Positions 9,649-20,560 of a stretch of 64,000 nt of DNA are shown here, in pieces. Within the stretch, counting starts at the first letter, position 1; each line of letters begins with the position of its first letter. The stretch covers positions 905,083 through 969,082 of the forward strand of contig OZ244977.1 of the NCBI GenBank assembly GCA_965222995.1, read 5' to 3'. This stretch comes from Bacteroidia bacterium. GTDB lineage: Bacteria > Bacteroidota > Bacteroidia > UBA8524. The translations under genes and the position numbers were made by a program. The notes below the pieces were generated by a model. It had not been told where the DNA came from. It searched no databases and was given only the letters and a program-made list of their open reading frames with translations.

Positions 9649-9770
9649 TGCTTATTAAGAAAGACGGAGGGACTAGGCCCTGTGAAGTCTTGGCAACCCG
9701 TCCCGACGGGTGCCAATTCCTATCCAAAACAACTCCTGTTGTTAAGGGTGAAGATGAGCTGTAAACGACT
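9649..9770 (+). ncRNA. SAM-I (S-box) riboswitch in the leader of the split metH operon
   Basis: Matches S-box consensus elements by eye: GACGGAGGGAcuaGGCCCuGUGAAGuc..GGCAACC, P4 hairpin CCGUCCCGACGG, GGUGCCAAUUCC, closing ..AGAUGAGC pairing with 5' GCUUAU (P1). A T-run follows at 9781-9790. Confidence 0.75.
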
Positions 9771-9839
9771 ACGAATCCTAGCTTTTTTATTGTTGAACCT
9801 GCATATCTTAAACAGGTATGCCCAAATGTTTTATGCAAA

Positions 9840-10862
9840 ATGAGTAAAACTGAACAAATTAAGGATTTGCTTCAACAGAGAATTTTAGTGTTAGACGGTG
9901 CCATGGGTACTATGATACAACGCTACAAGTTGGAGGAACAAGATTTTAGAAATGAAAAGCTAAAAGACCACCCACATCCATTAAAAGGGAACAATGATTT
10001 ATTAGCATTAACCCGTCCTGACGTTTTGGAAGAAATTCATCGCCAGTATTTAGAGGCAGGAGCTGATATTTTAGAAACCAATACCTTTAGTGGAACTACT
10101 ATTGCCCAGGCAGATTACCATTTAGAAGATTATGTAACGGAAATTAATTACGAATCAGCTAAAATAGCTCGTAAAGCAGCTGATGAAGTTACCGCTCAAA
10201 ATCCTGATAAACCCCGTTTTGTAGCCGGTTCAATGGGACCGACTAACAGAACAGCATCCATTTCTCCTGATGTGAATGACCCGGGCTTCCGTGCCATAAC
10301 CTTTGATGAACTTAAAGCAGCCTTTAAACAGCAAGCGTTAGCACTAATTGATGGTGGAGTGGACTTACTTTTGGTAGAAACGGTAATTGATACTTTGAAT
10401 GCAAAAGCTGCACTCTTTGCTATTGAAGAAGCCTTTGAAGAAAAAGGAGTAGAACTGCCTATCATGATGTCAGGAACTATTACTGATGCCAGTGGACGTA
10501 CACTCAGCGGACAAACTACTGAGGCATTCTTAATATCGGTTTCACATATTCCATTGTTAAGTGTGGGGTTAAACTGTGCTTTGGGAGCATCTGCTTTACG
10601 TCCTTACCTACAAGTGATGGATAAGAAATCAGAGTATCATGTAAGTACTCATCCAAATGCAGGTTTACCTAACGAATTTGGTGAGTACGATGAAACGCCT
10701 GAGGAGATGGCCGCCCAAATAGAAGTTTTTCTAAAAGATGGCTTAGTAAATATTGTTGGCGGATGCTGTGGTACAACTCCAGATCATATTAAAGCCATTG
10801 CCACTACTGCGGCCAAATATCAACCCCGAGAAGTGAATAAGAATACTTCAGTAACGGTATAA
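9840..10862 (+). CDS. metH: Methionine synthase, homocysteine S-methyltransferase (Hcy-binding) domain protein (split MetH, part 1)
   Basis: Pfam S-methyl_trans-like: [12 protein letters not shown], zinc-ligand motifs GLNCALG and [13 protein letters not shown]. Confidence 0.85.
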   Translation: MSKTEQIKDLLQQRILVLDGAMGTMIQRYKLEEQDFRNEKLKDHPHPLKGNNDLLALTRPDVLEEIHRQYLEAGADILETNTFSGTTIAQADYHLEDYVTEINYESAKIARKAADEVTAQNPDKPRFVAGSMGPTNRTASISPDVNDPGFRAITFDELKAAFKQQALALIDGGVDLLLVETVIDTLNAKAALFAIEEAFEEKGVELPIMMSGTITDASGRTLSGQTTEAFLISVSHIPLLSVGLNCALGASALRPYLQVMDKKSEYHVSTHPNAGLPNEFGEYDETPEEMAAQIEVFLKDGLVNIVGGCCGTTPDHIKAIATTAAKYQPREVNKNTSVTV

Positions 10863-10909
10863 TTTAATTTATAAAATAGTAATATTACTTTTCTTCCGAA
10901 TAGTATAGA

Positions 10910-13609
10910 ATGAGCGAACTACTTCCCCCACTGAAACTATCAGGTTTAGAACCTTTAGTTATTACTCCCGAAACCAATTTTGTAAACGTAGGAGAACGAA
11001 CCAATGTCACAGGTTCACGTAAGTTTTTACGTCTGATTAAAGAAGGTAATTACGAAGAAGCTGTTGACGTAGCTCGCAATCAGGTTGAGGGTGGTGCTCA
11101 AATCATTGATATAAATATGGATGAAGGAATGTTGGATGGTGTTGAAGCCATGACAACTTTCTTAAATCTTATAGCTGCTGAACCTGATATTGCTCGTGTC
11201 CCGGTAATGATAGATTCTTCTAAGTGGGAGATTATTGAGGCTGGGTTAAAATGTGTGCAGGGGAAATGTGTAGTAAACTCCATCAGTTTAAAAGGGGGAG
11301 AAGAGGAGTTTATTCGTCAGGCAAAAACGGTTAAACGTTATGGTGCTGCTATGATTGTAATGGCATTTGATGAAGACGGACAAGCAGATAATTACGAGCG
11401 CCGTATAGAGATTTGTGAACGTAGTTATAGAATATTGGTAGATAAAGTAAAGTTCCCAGCTCAAGATATCATTTTCGACCCTAATATATTTCCAGTAGCT
11501 ACCGGTATGGAAGAGCATCGCCAAAATGCTATGGATTTCTTCAGGGCTACTAAGTGGATTAAAGAAAACTTACCGGGAGCAAAGGTAAGTGGAGGGGTAA
11601 GTAATGTGTCTTTTTCATTTAGAGGAAACGATGTGGTGCGTGAAGCTATGCACAGTGCCTTCTTGTATCATGGTATCAACAACGGTATGGATATGGGTAT
11701 TGTAAACCCTGCCCAGCTAGAGATATATGATGAGATACCTAAAGACCTGTTAGAACTGGTAGAAGATGTATTACTTGACAGAAAGGATGATGCTACCGAA
11801 AAACTTTTAGCCTTTGCAGATACAGTTAAGGGCAAAGGAAAAGAAGCAGCAAAAGAAAACCTAGAGTGGCGTGAAGGTACAGTAGAAGATCGTTTAAGCC
11901 ATGCTTTAGTAAAAGGTATAACTGAGTTTATTGAAGACGATACAGAAGAAGCCCGCCAAAAATATCCTCGTCCGTTACACGTGATAGAAGGTCCGCTAAT
12001 GGCAGGGATGAGCATTGTGGGAGACCTTTTTGGTAGTGGTAAAATGTTTTTGCCACAGGTAGTAAAGAGTGCCCGTGTAATGAAAAAGGCAGTGGCATAT
12101 CTTACACCGTTTATGGAAGAGGAGAAACGCCAAAGCGGTGACCAAAGTGAGAATGCAGGTAAAATACTAATGGCAACCGTAAAGGGAGATGTGCATGATA
12201 TTGGGAAGAACATTGTAGGGGTAGTAATGTCTTGCAATAACTTCGAGATTATTGATTTGGGAGTAATGGTACCCGCCGAAAAAATTCTTGAGGAAGCCAA
12301 AAAGCATAGTGCAGATATTATCGGCTTAAGTGGACTTATCACACCATCGTTAGATGAGATGGTAACTGTGGCTAAGGAAATGGAACGCCAAGAGTTTAAA
12401 ATTCCATTACTCATTGGTGGTGCAACAACATCAAAAATTCATACTGCAGTGAAAATAGACCCCACGTATAGTGGCTCAGTGGTTCATGTGTTAGATGCTT
12501 CAAAATCTGTACCTGTGGCATCGTCATTATTAAGTGAAGGGCAAAAAGAAGCTTTTCATAGCGATGTAAAAAATGAATACGAACAAATGCGAGAGGCACA
12601 CGCCAATCGTAAAGAGACTAAGCAGTATATAAGTCTAGAAGATGCCCGTAAAAACAAGCAGAAAATAAATTGGCTGGAAACCAAAATAACCAGGCCATCA
12701 TTTTTAGGGACTAAGACTTTTAGTGATTTTCCACTTGTGAGATTGGTGGATTATATTGACTGGACACCCTTTTTCCAAACATGGGAATTAAGAGGGAAAT
12801 ACCCTGCAATTTTTGAGGATGAATATGTAGGTGAAGAGGCTAAAAAGCTACACAAAGATGCTTTAGCGATGATTGATAAGGTAATAGCCGAAAAATCATT
12901 ACAAGCATCAGCTATTGTTGGGTTTTATCCTGCCAATACAGTAAATAGTGATGATATAGAGCTGTATACCGACGAGAGCAGAAAAGAGGTATTAACTACT
13001 TATCGACAGCTTCGCCAGCAAAACAAAAAGGGAGCAAATATTCCTAACCACAGTTTGGCTGATTATATTGCACCCAAGGAAACAGGTATTGAAGACTATA
13101 TCGGTTCATTTGCAGTAACAGCAGGAAAGGGAATAGAGGCAATTGTAGGACAATACGAAAAAGACCACGACGACTATAACAGTATTTTAATAAAAGCTGT
13201 AGCCGACCGTTTTGCAGAAGCCTTTGCAGAATATATGCACGAATATGTGCGTAAAGAGTTATGGGGTTATGCCAAAGACGAGAATTTCGATAACGAAGCG
13301 CTAATTCGTGAGAAATACCAAGGTATTCGTCCTGCCCCTGGTTACCCCGCTTGTCCTGAACATACTGAGAAAGGTACTATTTGGGAGCTGATGAATGTGG
13401 AGCAAGAAACAGGCATTAAATTAACAGAAAGCTATGCTATGTATCCAGCAGCAGCAGTATCGGGTTTGTACTTCTCACACCCAAATAGTAAATACTTTGG
13501 TTTGGGTAAAATTCAAAAAGACCAAGTAGAAGACTACGCTCGCCGTAAAGGTATGACCATAGAAGAAGCTGAAAAATGGTTATCGCCTGTATTGGCTTAT
13601 AGTGTGTAG
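10910..13609 (+). CDS. metH: Methionine synthase, pterin-binding + B12-binding + AdoMet-activation domains (split MetH, part 2)
   Basis: Pterin-binding region ([15 protein letters not shown]). B12-binding DxHxxG motif ([14 protein letters not shown]). C-terminal activation domain ([16 protein letters not shown]). Confidence 0.9.
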   Translation: MSELLPPLKLSGLEPLVITPETNFVNVGERTNVTGSRKFLRLIKEGNYEEAVDVARNQVEGGAQIIDINMDEGMLDGVEAMTTFLNLIAAEPDIARVPVMIDSSKWEIIEAGLKCVQGKCVVNSISLKGGEEEFIRQAKTVKRYGAAMIVMAFDEDGQADNYERRIEICERSYRILVDKVKFPAQDIIFDPNIFPVATGMEEHRQNAMDFFRATKWIKENLPGAKVSGGVSNVSFSFRGNDVVREAMHSAFLYHGINNGMDMGIVNPAQLEIYDEIPKDLLELVEDVLLDRKDDATEKLLAFADTVKGKGKEAAKENLEWREGTVEDRLSHALVKGITEFIEDDTEEARQKYPRPLHVIEGPLMAGMSIVGDLFGSGKMFLPQVVKSARVMKKAVAYLTPFMEEEKRQSGDQSENAGKILMATVKGDVHDIGKNIVGVVMSCNNFEIIDLGVMVPAEKILEEAKKHSADIIGLSGLITPSLDEMVTVAKEMERQEFKIPLLIGGATTSKIHTAVKIDPTYSGSVVHVLDASKSVPVASSLLSEGQKEAFHSDVKNEYEQMREAHANRKETKQYISLEDARKNKQKINWLETKITRPSFLGTKTFSDFPLVRLVDYIDWTPFFQTWELRGKYPAIFEDEYVGEEAKKLHKDALAMIDKVIAEKSLQASAIVGFYPANTVNSDDIELYTDESRKEVLTTYRQLRQQNKKGANIPNHSLADYIAPKETGIEDYIGSFAVTAGKGIEAIVGQYEKDHDDYNSILIKAVADRFAEAFAEYMHEYVRKELWGYAKDENFDNEALIREKYQGIRPAPGYPACPEHTEKGTIWELMNVEQETGIKLTESYAMYPAAAVSGLYFSHPNSKYFGLGKIQKDQVEDYARRKGMTIEEAEKWLSPVLAYSV

Positions 13610-13660
13610 GTAATATTTTTATAGCTTACCTCGTTTTAACATATAAAAGATGATACGCCT

Positions 13661-13933
13661 ATGAGTACTGATACGCAGTTAATGATTATTAGTTCAGTAC
13701 TGAATTTTATTCTTTTGTTTATAACACTTAAGGTCAACAGAAAGTACTTCATATATTCTCTTGTTATTTTAATAGCTTATAATGCTTATGCATATTATGG
13801 CTATTATACCGAAACCCGAGGCGGAGTAACTTTGGTGTGGATGGTTTACTTAATATTTATTAATCTTTTCCATATTATACTTTCAATAGGTGTATTTCTA
13901 TGGCATTTTTTTAAAAGGAATAGCCAATGCTAA
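13661..13933 (+). CDS. Hypothetical small membrane protein (90 aa)
   Basis: ORF with 3 hydrophobic helices. No family. Confidence 0.35.
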   Translation: MSTDTQLMIISSVLNFILLFITLKVNRKYFIYSLVILIAYNAYAYYGYYTETRGGVTLVWMVYLIFINLFHIILSIGVFLWHFFKRNSQC

Positions 13934-14522
13934 TAGAAGTGAGAAATATAGGTCTGGGTTGAAATGGTAAATTCGGAAGAATCAGTTCTGAAACTCTATA
14001 GGAGCCGCTTAATTGTAAAGAGAATCTTTTAAAAATTTTTGTTTGCGTTCCCAATTCAAAATCACTCCCACGTACAAGAGCATAATGATACGCTGATAGC
14101 TCATCATTTCTTCTATCTGTAGTATGGGTGGCATTAGCAAAAAAACTAACACCTGCGTATGCTCCGTTAAAAAAATTGTTCTTTTTAAACTTCAAAAAAT
14201 AATAACGGTAGCCTAAACCTAACTCATAACTATCTCTAATGGAAAAAACAGTTCCCCTATAAATATATTTTTCCTGAGTAAATCTTGGAGTTGCTATAAA
14301 CTTATGCCTACTACTAATTACACGTTCATATTGTACACCAAAATTTTGTAGAGAAGTAAAAGTTTGGGATGAATAAATTTTAAATGGGCTATAAAATGAG
14401 TTATTTCTGTACTCTAGAAGCGATATTTTAATATTATTTTTCTTAGGTTTTCTACCTGTTTTATTTTGTGCAATTGTGTTAAGAGATAAAAAAACAGACA
14501 ATAGTATAAGGTAGTATTTCAT
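13911..14522 (-). CDS. Putative outer-membrane beta-barrel protein (203 aa)
   Basis: Signal peptide MKYYLILLSVFLSLNTIAQ. Alternating aromatic/hydrophobic beta-strand pattern. C-terminal ...SIGYSF typical OMP terminus. Confidence 0.45.
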   Translation of the reverse strand: MKYYLILLSVFLSLNTIAQNKTGRKPKKNNIKISLLEYRNNSFYSPFKIYSSQTFTSLQNFGVQYERVISSRHKFIATPRFTQEKYIYRGTVFSIRDSYELGLGYRYYFLKFKKNNFFNGAYAGVSFFANATHTTDRRNDELSAYHYALVRGSDFELGTQTKIFKRFSLQLSGSYRVSELILPNLPFQPRPIFLTSISIGYSF

Positions 14523-14623
14523 AGTTTAGATCTTACCAATACAAAATACTAATTAATAAGTAAAGAAGGCAATATAGTGTGTAATTTTATATTACTCGGT
14601 TTTTATATAAATAGAGCAGAACA

Positions 14624-15250
14624 TTATTTCACAGGTTCGCGCAAAATGGTTCTCAATTTTTCTGAGGCTACTTTTCTAAAGTCTGATAGATAAATTTCAT
14701 GGTGCTTTTCGTTTCTTTCCAATCCGTTTTCTTTCATAAAAACTTCAATCTGCTTTAGCGAAATAGGTTCACTGTCAAAAGACCCTACATGCAACATCTG
14801 CACACATTTACCTTCTTCCATTTCAAAAAACTCAACCTCATTTATCAAAGTATTTTCTTTTTTGGTAAAGGCTTTCTCTTTTGCACTTTCAACATCTTCT
14901 TTGGTGACAAAATCAGGTAAGCGTATTAACAATCTGTACTCCCATTCACTTCGGGGTATTTGTTTCGGGGCTTCATCAATATTTTTAATGTTGTACTTTT
15001 CTTCATCAAACCACCACAACCCTTCAAGTTTGGCTACAACAAAATCTTTATCCTGTTCTTTGTATTTAAACTTTATAGCATAAGCTACAGGGTAAAGTGC
15101 TTGAATATGATTTGAAAAATCTTCCGATGAGGGGTCTCCTTTACCTGTAATGGTTAAAAATTGAGCAGCTTCAATACTCACCAGTTCAGGCTTGGGTTTA
15201 GCTGTATAATAGTTTTTATAGAGTTTAGTTAAATCTAATTTTTGCATCAA
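14624..15250 (-). CDS. GyrI-like small-molecule-binding domain protein
   Basis: 208 aa. Resembles GyrI-like/AraC-effector-binding fold proteins (AAQFLTITGKGDP...LEGLWWFDEE). Confidence 0.5.
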   Translation of the reverse strand: MMQKLDLTKLYKNYYTAKPKPELVSIEAAQFLTITGKGDPSSEDFSNHIQALYPVAYAIKFKYKEQDKDFVVAKLEGLWWFDEEKYNIKNIDEAPKQIPRSEWEYRLLIRLPDFVTKEDVESAKEKAFTKKENTLINEVEFFEMEEGKCVQMLHVGSFDSEPISLKQIEVFMKENGLERNEKHHEIYLSDFRKVASEKLRTILREPVK

Positions 15251-15401
15251 TTACAAATTAACTTTGCTGTGCTGACAACCCTATGTCAGTAGTAAAAAAG
15301 AAAATTACGGTTCACTCAAAAAAAACAACAGTTCATCGCAGGCTTATTTCTTATTTTTAATAGCCATTACACCTTTGTATCAGAAATTTTAGAAACAAAC
15401 C

Positions 15402-17789
15402 ATGAAAAAACTAATAATATTAGTTGTATTAATTATCTGCCTTACTTTTTCTGCATCGGCTCAGCTTACACAAACCATTCGGGGTACAGTAAGCGATAAA
15501 GAAACCACAGGCGAGCTTATTGGGGCAACCATAGTGGTACTTAACTCAGACCCTTTAAAAGGTGCCAGTTCTGATATTAACGGTCGTTTTCGTATTACCG
15601 GTGTTCCTTTAGGGCGGCATACTATACGTATTACCTATGCAGGATACAAACCTGTAGTATTGCCCGATGTTATTGTAAACTCTGCTAAAGAAGTAGTACT
15701 TACCATAACCATGGAAGAAGAAATTATTGAAGCTTCGGAAGTTGTGGTAAAAGCTAAAAGCGACCCCGGTGCTACCAATAATGAGTTAGTTGCGGTTAGC
15801 GGAAGGTCGTTTACAATAGACCAAACACAACGCTATGCAGGTGGTTTAGGAGACCCAAGCCGTATGGCGGTAAACTTTGCAGGTGTTGCCGGAGGGGGTA
15901 ATGACCAACGTAACGATATTGTTATTCGTGGTAATTCGCCATTAGGGCTATTGTGGCGTTTAGAAGGGGTAGATATTCCTAACCCTAATCATTTTGGTAA
16001 TCAAGGGGCAAATGGTGGGCCTGTAAGTATTTTGAATAACAATACTTTATCAAATTCTGACTTTATTACCGGGGCATTTCCAACAGAGTATGGTAATGCG
16101 CTTTCAGGAGTATTTGATTTAAAAATGCGGAAAGGAAATAATGAAAAGTTTGAGTATACGGGGCAAATTGGTTTTAGTGGGGTGGAACTAATGGCAGAAG
16201 GACCTATTCAAAAATCTAAATCATCATTTTTAGTAAATTACAGATATAGTACACTTGATTTTTTGAGCAATTTAGGGTTTGATTTTGGTGGTTCGGGTGC
16301 TCCGCGTTGGCAAGATTTAACTATGAAAATAGATTTTGGCAAAACCAAGTTGGGGAACTTTAGCCTGTTTGGAATAGGAGGTTTAAGCGGTACAAAAATT
16401 CAGGATAGTAATAAAGAACAGGAAGATTTTGCAAAAGTAGCAAACCCTCAGGATATTGACTTTAGTAGTGGAATGTTTGCTACGGGTTTAGTGCATACTA
16501 TTTCTTTGGGTAAAAACAGTTATATGAAAACCGTGGTGAGTACTTCGGGAGAACGTAACAGAACTATTGTAGACTCTTTGGGTGATGATATACAACCTAT
16601 AAGAGAGTTTGAAAGAGAAAGTTATTCGGTACGCAATACTATCCACTCTTTCATCAACAAAAAAATAAATGCTAAAAACAGCTTAAAGTTTGGTGTTATA
16701 GGAACACGCTTCACAGCAGGGTCTGACGAAAGAGTTTTAGTAATTGATAGTATAGTTGGTGGAACACGTTATGATTCATGGCTTACTTTATACAAGTTTG
16801 ATAACGAAGAGTTGTTTTTAGGGCAAGCCTATGCCAACTGGAATTGGAAAATAAATAAAAAAGCTACTTTAAATACCGGTTTACACTACAACCAACTGTT
16901 TTTTAATAATAGTATTTCTTTGGAGCCTCGTGCATCTTTCAAATATAAGTTATCGCCTCGCCAGTCGGTAAGTTTTGGTTATGGTTTGCATAGTCAAACA
17001 CAACCTTTGCCTGTCTATTTTGAAAAGGCTTTTATTGATGATGCTCGCACGCAAAGTATTGAGACCAACAGAAATTTAGGTTTTACACGTAGCCATCACT
17101 TTATAGCAGGGTACGACCTTTTTATTAATTCAAACGTAAGATTTAAAATGGAGGCATACTACCAATATTTAACAGGTGTAGCTGTAGAGCAAAACCCTAG
17201 TCATGTGAGTACTATAAATTTTGGAGCTGATTTTGGCTTTCCTAATATAGACAGCCTGGTGAATGATGGTTTAGGGCGCAACTATGGTATTGAGTTTACC
17301 CTTGAACGTTTCTTTAGCAAAGGCTTTTATTATTTAGGTACAGTATCATTATACCAAAGTGAATATTTGGCAAGTGACCAAGTTTGGAGAAATACAGCCT
17401 TTAATGGAAACTATGTAGTAAACGCGTTGTTTGGAAAAGAGTATAAAACTAAAAACAACGGGTTACTAAGCATAAACTTAAGAGTAACCTACGCAGGTGG
17501 CAGAAGGTTTATTGGTTTACATGAGGAAGAAAGTCGTTTACAAGGCAGAGAGATTTTTGATAAAGATGAGATTTATACAGACAGGATAAAAGACTTTTTT
17601 AGAACCGATTTTAGAATAGGTTTTAAGAAAAATGGTAAACGTGTAACGCAAGAGTGGGCAATAGATATTCAAAACATATTTAACATTCAAAATGTATTAA
17701 CACGTCAGTTTAACCCTAGAACAGGTGAAATAGAAACATTAAATCAAATTGGTATTTTTCCTATACCTTTTTACAGAATACAATTTTAA
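15402..17789 (+). CDS. TonB-dependent receptor (CarboxypepD_reg-like N-domain + plug + barrel)
   Basis: Signal peptide. CarboxypepD_reg (IRGTVSDKETTGELIGATIVVLNS...YKPVVLPDV). Plug (DPSRMAVNFAGV...IVIRGNSP). C-terminal aromatic residue F. Confidence 0.85.
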   Translation: MKKLIILVVLIICLTFSASAQLTQTIRGTVSDKETTGELIGATIVVLNSDPLKGASSDINGRFRITGVPLGRHTIRITYAGYKPVVLPDVIVNSAKEVVLTITMEEEIIEASEVVVKAKSDPGATNNELVAVSGRSFTIDQTQRYAGGLGDPSRMAVNFAGVAGGGNDQRNDIVIRGNSPLGLLWRLEGVDIPNPNHFGNQGANGGPVSILNNNTLSNSDFITGAFPTEYGNALSGVFDLKMRKGNNEKFEYTGQIGFSGVELMAEGPIQKSKSSFLVNYRYSTLDFLSNLGFDFGGSGAPRWQDLTMKIDFGKTKLGNFSLFGIGGLSGTKIQDSNKEQEDFAKVANPQDIDFSSGMFATGLVHTISLGKNSYMKTVVSTSGERNRTIVDSLGDDIQPIREFERESYSVRNTIHSFINKKINAKNSLKFGVIGTRFTAGSDERVLVIDSIVGGTRYDSWLTLYKFDNEELFLGQAYANWNWKINKKATLNTGLHYNQLFFNNSISLEPRASFKYKLSPRQSVSFGYGLHSQTQPLPVYFEKAFIDDARTQSIETNRNLGFTRSHHFIAGYDLFINSNVRFKMEAYYQYLTGVAVEQNPSHVSTINFGADFGFPNIDSLVNDGLGRNYGIEFTLERFFSKGFYYLGTVSLYQSEYLASDQVWRNTAFNGNYVVNALFGKEYKTKNNGLLSINLRVTYAGGRRFIGLHEEESRLQGREIFDKDEIYTDRIKDFFRTDFRIGFKKNGKRVTQEWAIDIQNIFNIQNVLTRQFNPRTGEIETLNQIGIFPIPFYRIQF

Positions 17790-17792
17790 TAG

Positions 17793-18848
17793 TTGAGTTT
17801 ATTAAAGAAAATAGCAAAGCGAAAAGGCTTTATAAGCAAAGTACTAGGTATAGGTATACTTGTGCCCCTATACTTTTTAACCAAAGCTTTTTTTAACGGA
17901 GAATTACCTAATGATAATGGTGAGATTGAATATGGATTACTTGACAACTTCATTTTCACTATATCAATCTCAATAATACTGTATAGTGCTTGCTCATATA
18001 TCTCACGTGAATGTGAGAAACGGTTCCCTTGGCGGGTAAATGCAAAAAAACGTTTTATTATTCAGTTTGTAGTTACTGTTTTAGCCGTTATAGTATTAGC
18101 AACTGCTTTTACATACCTGTATAGTTATGTACTTAAATCGTGCACTTTTGAGCAAATACTCTCAACCCTTTTTGATGTTTTAATTATTTCAGTTATAGTG
18201 TCTATAATAGCAACTTCTATTGGCGAGGCAGCATTCTTACTAAACCAGTGGCAAAAAGCTCTTTTTGATGCGGAAAGATTAAAGCAAGAAAATTTGCAAT
18301 CGCAATTTGCGGCACTAAAAAACCAAGTGAACCCGCACTTTTTGTTTAATAGTCTTAATACACTGGCTACCATTATACCTGAAGACCCTAACCAGGCTGT
18401 AGAGTTTGTGCAAAAACTTAGCAGTGTATACCGCTATTTGTTGCAGTATAAAGATGATGAAACGGTAGAGCTTAAAACTGAATTAGACTGTATTGAGGCT
18501 TATTTCTTCCTTCAAAAAATTCGTTTTGGCGATAACTTACAAGTTAAAATCAATGTGCCTCAAGAGCATCATTCAAAACTGGTACCCCCTTTGACACTCC
18601 AGATTTTAGTAGAGAATGCCATTAAGCACAACATCATTTCAAAGCAAAAGCCCTTGGAAGTTGATATTTATGTGGACGATGTGGGGATGCTGGTTACCCG
18701 AAACAATCTTCAGAAGAAGAAGTCGGTTGAAAGTAGTACTAAAATAGGGCTACAAAACCTTGTTAACCGTTTCGGGTACATATACAATAAAACCATTGAT
18801 ATTTTTGAAACAGAAAAGGACTTTTTAGTGAAAGTACCTTTAGGATAA
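17793..18848 (+). CDS. LytS/YehU-type sensor histidine kinase (His_kinase domain)
   Basis: Membrane N-terminus, then NPHFLFNSLNTLATII (His_kinase signature) and an ATPase region (LQILVENAIKHN). Starts 4 nt after the TBDR stop. Confidence 0.8.
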   Translation: MSLLKKIAKRKGFISKVLGIGILVPLYFLTKAFFNGELPNDNGEIEYGLLDNFIFTISISIILYSACSYISRECEKRFPWRVNAKKRFIIQFVVTVLAVIVLATAFTYLYSYVLKSCTFEQILSTLFDVLIISVIVSIIATSIGEAAFLLNQWQKALFDAERLKQENLQSQFAALKNQVNPHFLFNSLNTLATIIPEDPNQAVEFVQKLSSVYRYLLQYKDDETVELKTELDCIEAYFFLQKIRFGDNLQVKINVPQEHHSKLVPPLTLQILVENAIKHNIISKQKPLEVDIYVDDVGMLVTRNNLQKKKSVESSTKIGLQNLVNRFGYIYNKTIDIFETEKDFLVKVPLG

Positions 18849-18859
18849 GTTAAAACCAA

Positions 18860-19621
18860 GTGAAGATACTGATAATAGAAGATGAAGCTCCCGCAGCACG
18901 CAGGTTAACACAACTTATAAAAGAATGTAAACCCGATGCTGAAATAGTAGAGCAAATTGATAGTGTTGAAGGGGCTATAGAATGGTGTGGGAATAACCCC
19001 TTGCCTGATTTGGCTTTTATGGATATACAACTAGCTGATGGTTTAAGCTTTGAAATTTTTGAATCAATAGAGGTAAAATGCCCTGTAATATTTACTACTG
19101 CTTATGATGAATATGCTATCAAAGCTTTTAAGGTGAATAGTATTGATTATTTGTTGAAACCCATTGACAAAAATGAACTGCTAAATGCTTTTAAAAAGTA
19201 TGACGAGTTAAAGGCTAATAATTCACCTGCAATTGATATTACCGAAATTGTTAAGACATTTAATAAACAGCAAAATTTTAAAACACGCTTTTTAGTAAAG
19301 CAAGGGCAGAGGCTAATACCTATTGATGCCGAACGGATAGCATATTTTTTTGCAGAAGACAAGCTGGTGTTTATGGTAACTGAAGACAATCATAAATATA
19401 TAGTAGATTATACTTTAGAGCAATTGGAGGGAGAACTAGACCCGCAGCACTTTTTCAGAGCAAACAGAAAAATAATTACTTCTATGACTGCTGTAAAAGA
19501 TATACACCTATCTTTTAATGGTAAATTAAAAATCTATCTGAAACCGGATTTGAAAAAAGGGGAAGACATTTTTGTTAGCCGCGAACGGGCATCAGAATTT
19601 AAAAACTGGATGGGAAATTAA
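18860..19621 (+). CDS. LytTR-family response regulator
   Basis: GTG start. Receiver domain (KILIIEDE...DLAFMDIQLADG...). C-terminal LytTR DNA-binding domain. Confidence 0.85.
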   Translation: MKILIIEDEAPAARRLTQLIKECKPDAEIVEQIDSVEGAIEWCGNNPLPDLAFMDIQLADGLSFEIFESIEVKCPVIFTTAYDEYAIKAFKVNSIDYLLKPIDKNELLNAFKKYDELKANNSPAIDITEIVKTFNKQQNFKTRFLVKQGQRLIPIDAERIAYFFAEDKLVFMVTEDNHKYIVDYTLEQLEGELDPQHFFRANRKIITSMTAVKDIHLSFNGKLKIYLKPDLKKGEDIFVSRERASEFKNWMGN

Positions 19622-19663
19622 CCCCCTTATTTATATTCTTTAAAAACTATCTTCGCCCCCGTT

Positions 19664-20560
19664 TTGAGTACGAGGATAAAAGTACATTTATCGCTTTTAG
19701 CAGTAGCATTAATATATGGGGCAACATTCTCTTTGGCAAAAGAGGTAATGCCTGAATATATAAATCCGCTAACTTTTATTTTGTTAAGAGTAGGGGCAGC
19801 CTTAGTGTTGTTTCTCATTTTTCACTCTCTATTTATAAAAGAAAAAGTTGACCGTAAAGATTTGGCAGGGTTGGCACTAAGTTCACTTTTTGGGGTGGCT
19901 GCCAATATGCTGATGTTTTTTGAAGGGCTGGCAAATACATCGCCCATAAATGCGTCAGTACTAATGATGGTAACCCCGGTTTTTGTATTTGTTATTTATA
20001 CTATAGTTGACAAAAGAGGGATACATTGGATAAAAGCTTTGGGTATCGCACTGGCTGCCATTGGGGCAATGATGCTTATGGGCGGGGCAAAACTTAGTTT
20101 TAGCAAGGTAACTTTATATGGTGATATACTGATAATGCTAAATGCACTTAGCTATGCCATTTATTTGGTATATGTGAAGCGTTTTTTAGTAAAGTATAAC
20201 CCTATAACCGTTAGTAAATGGAATTTTATTTTCGGGTTTATGATGGTATTGCCTTTTGGAGTAGGAGGGTTAGAAGAAATTAACTGGGCATTATTTCCTG
20301 TATCTATCTGGGCAATTTTTGTATTTGTGTTGGTAGGTACAACCTTTATTACTTATCTGCTAAATGCTTGGGCCCTGCAAAGGGCTACACCTACTTTGGT
20401 AGGTTCTTATATATACTTGCAGCCTGTAATAGCAACGGTATTAGCACTTACAACTCAAAAAGATACGCTTACCATAGAGAAAGTTATATTTATCCTGCTA
20501 ATATTTGCAGGGGTGTATTTGGTAGCTATAACCAAAAAGAAAAACGAAAAAACCGCATGA
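19664..20560 (+). CDS. EamA/DMT-family transporter
   Basis: Ten predicted TM helices in two EamA repeats. TTG start, position uncertain. Confidence 0.7.
   Translation: MSTRIKVHLSLLAVALIYGATFSLAKEVMPEYINPLTFILLRVGAALVLFLIFHSLFIKEKVDRKDLAGLALSSLFGVAANMLMFFEGLANTSPINASVLMMVTPVFVFVIYTIVDKRGIHWIKALGIALAAIGAMMLMGGAKLSFSKVTLYGDILIMLNALSYAIYLVYVKRFLVKYNPITVSKWNFIFGFMMVLPFGVGGLEEINWALFPVSIWAIFVFVLVGTTFITYLLNAWALQRATPTLVGSYIYLQPVIATVLALTTQKDTLTIEKVIFILLIFAGVYLVAITKKKNEKTA

Noticed and set aside
11668-12414. 248-aa minus-strand ORF (Ser/Ile-rich) inside metH
   Set aside because: Lies entirely antisense within a strongly supported, motif-rich coding region. Low-complexity composition typical of spurious antisense ORFs in AT-rich genomes.
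20368-20556. N-terminal extension of the yicC ORF (355 aa version)
   Set aside because: The extension overlaps the 3' end of the EamA gene in another frame and has no YicC-like sequence. The internal ATG at 20557 gives the canonical YicC N-terminus and an ATGA overlap.
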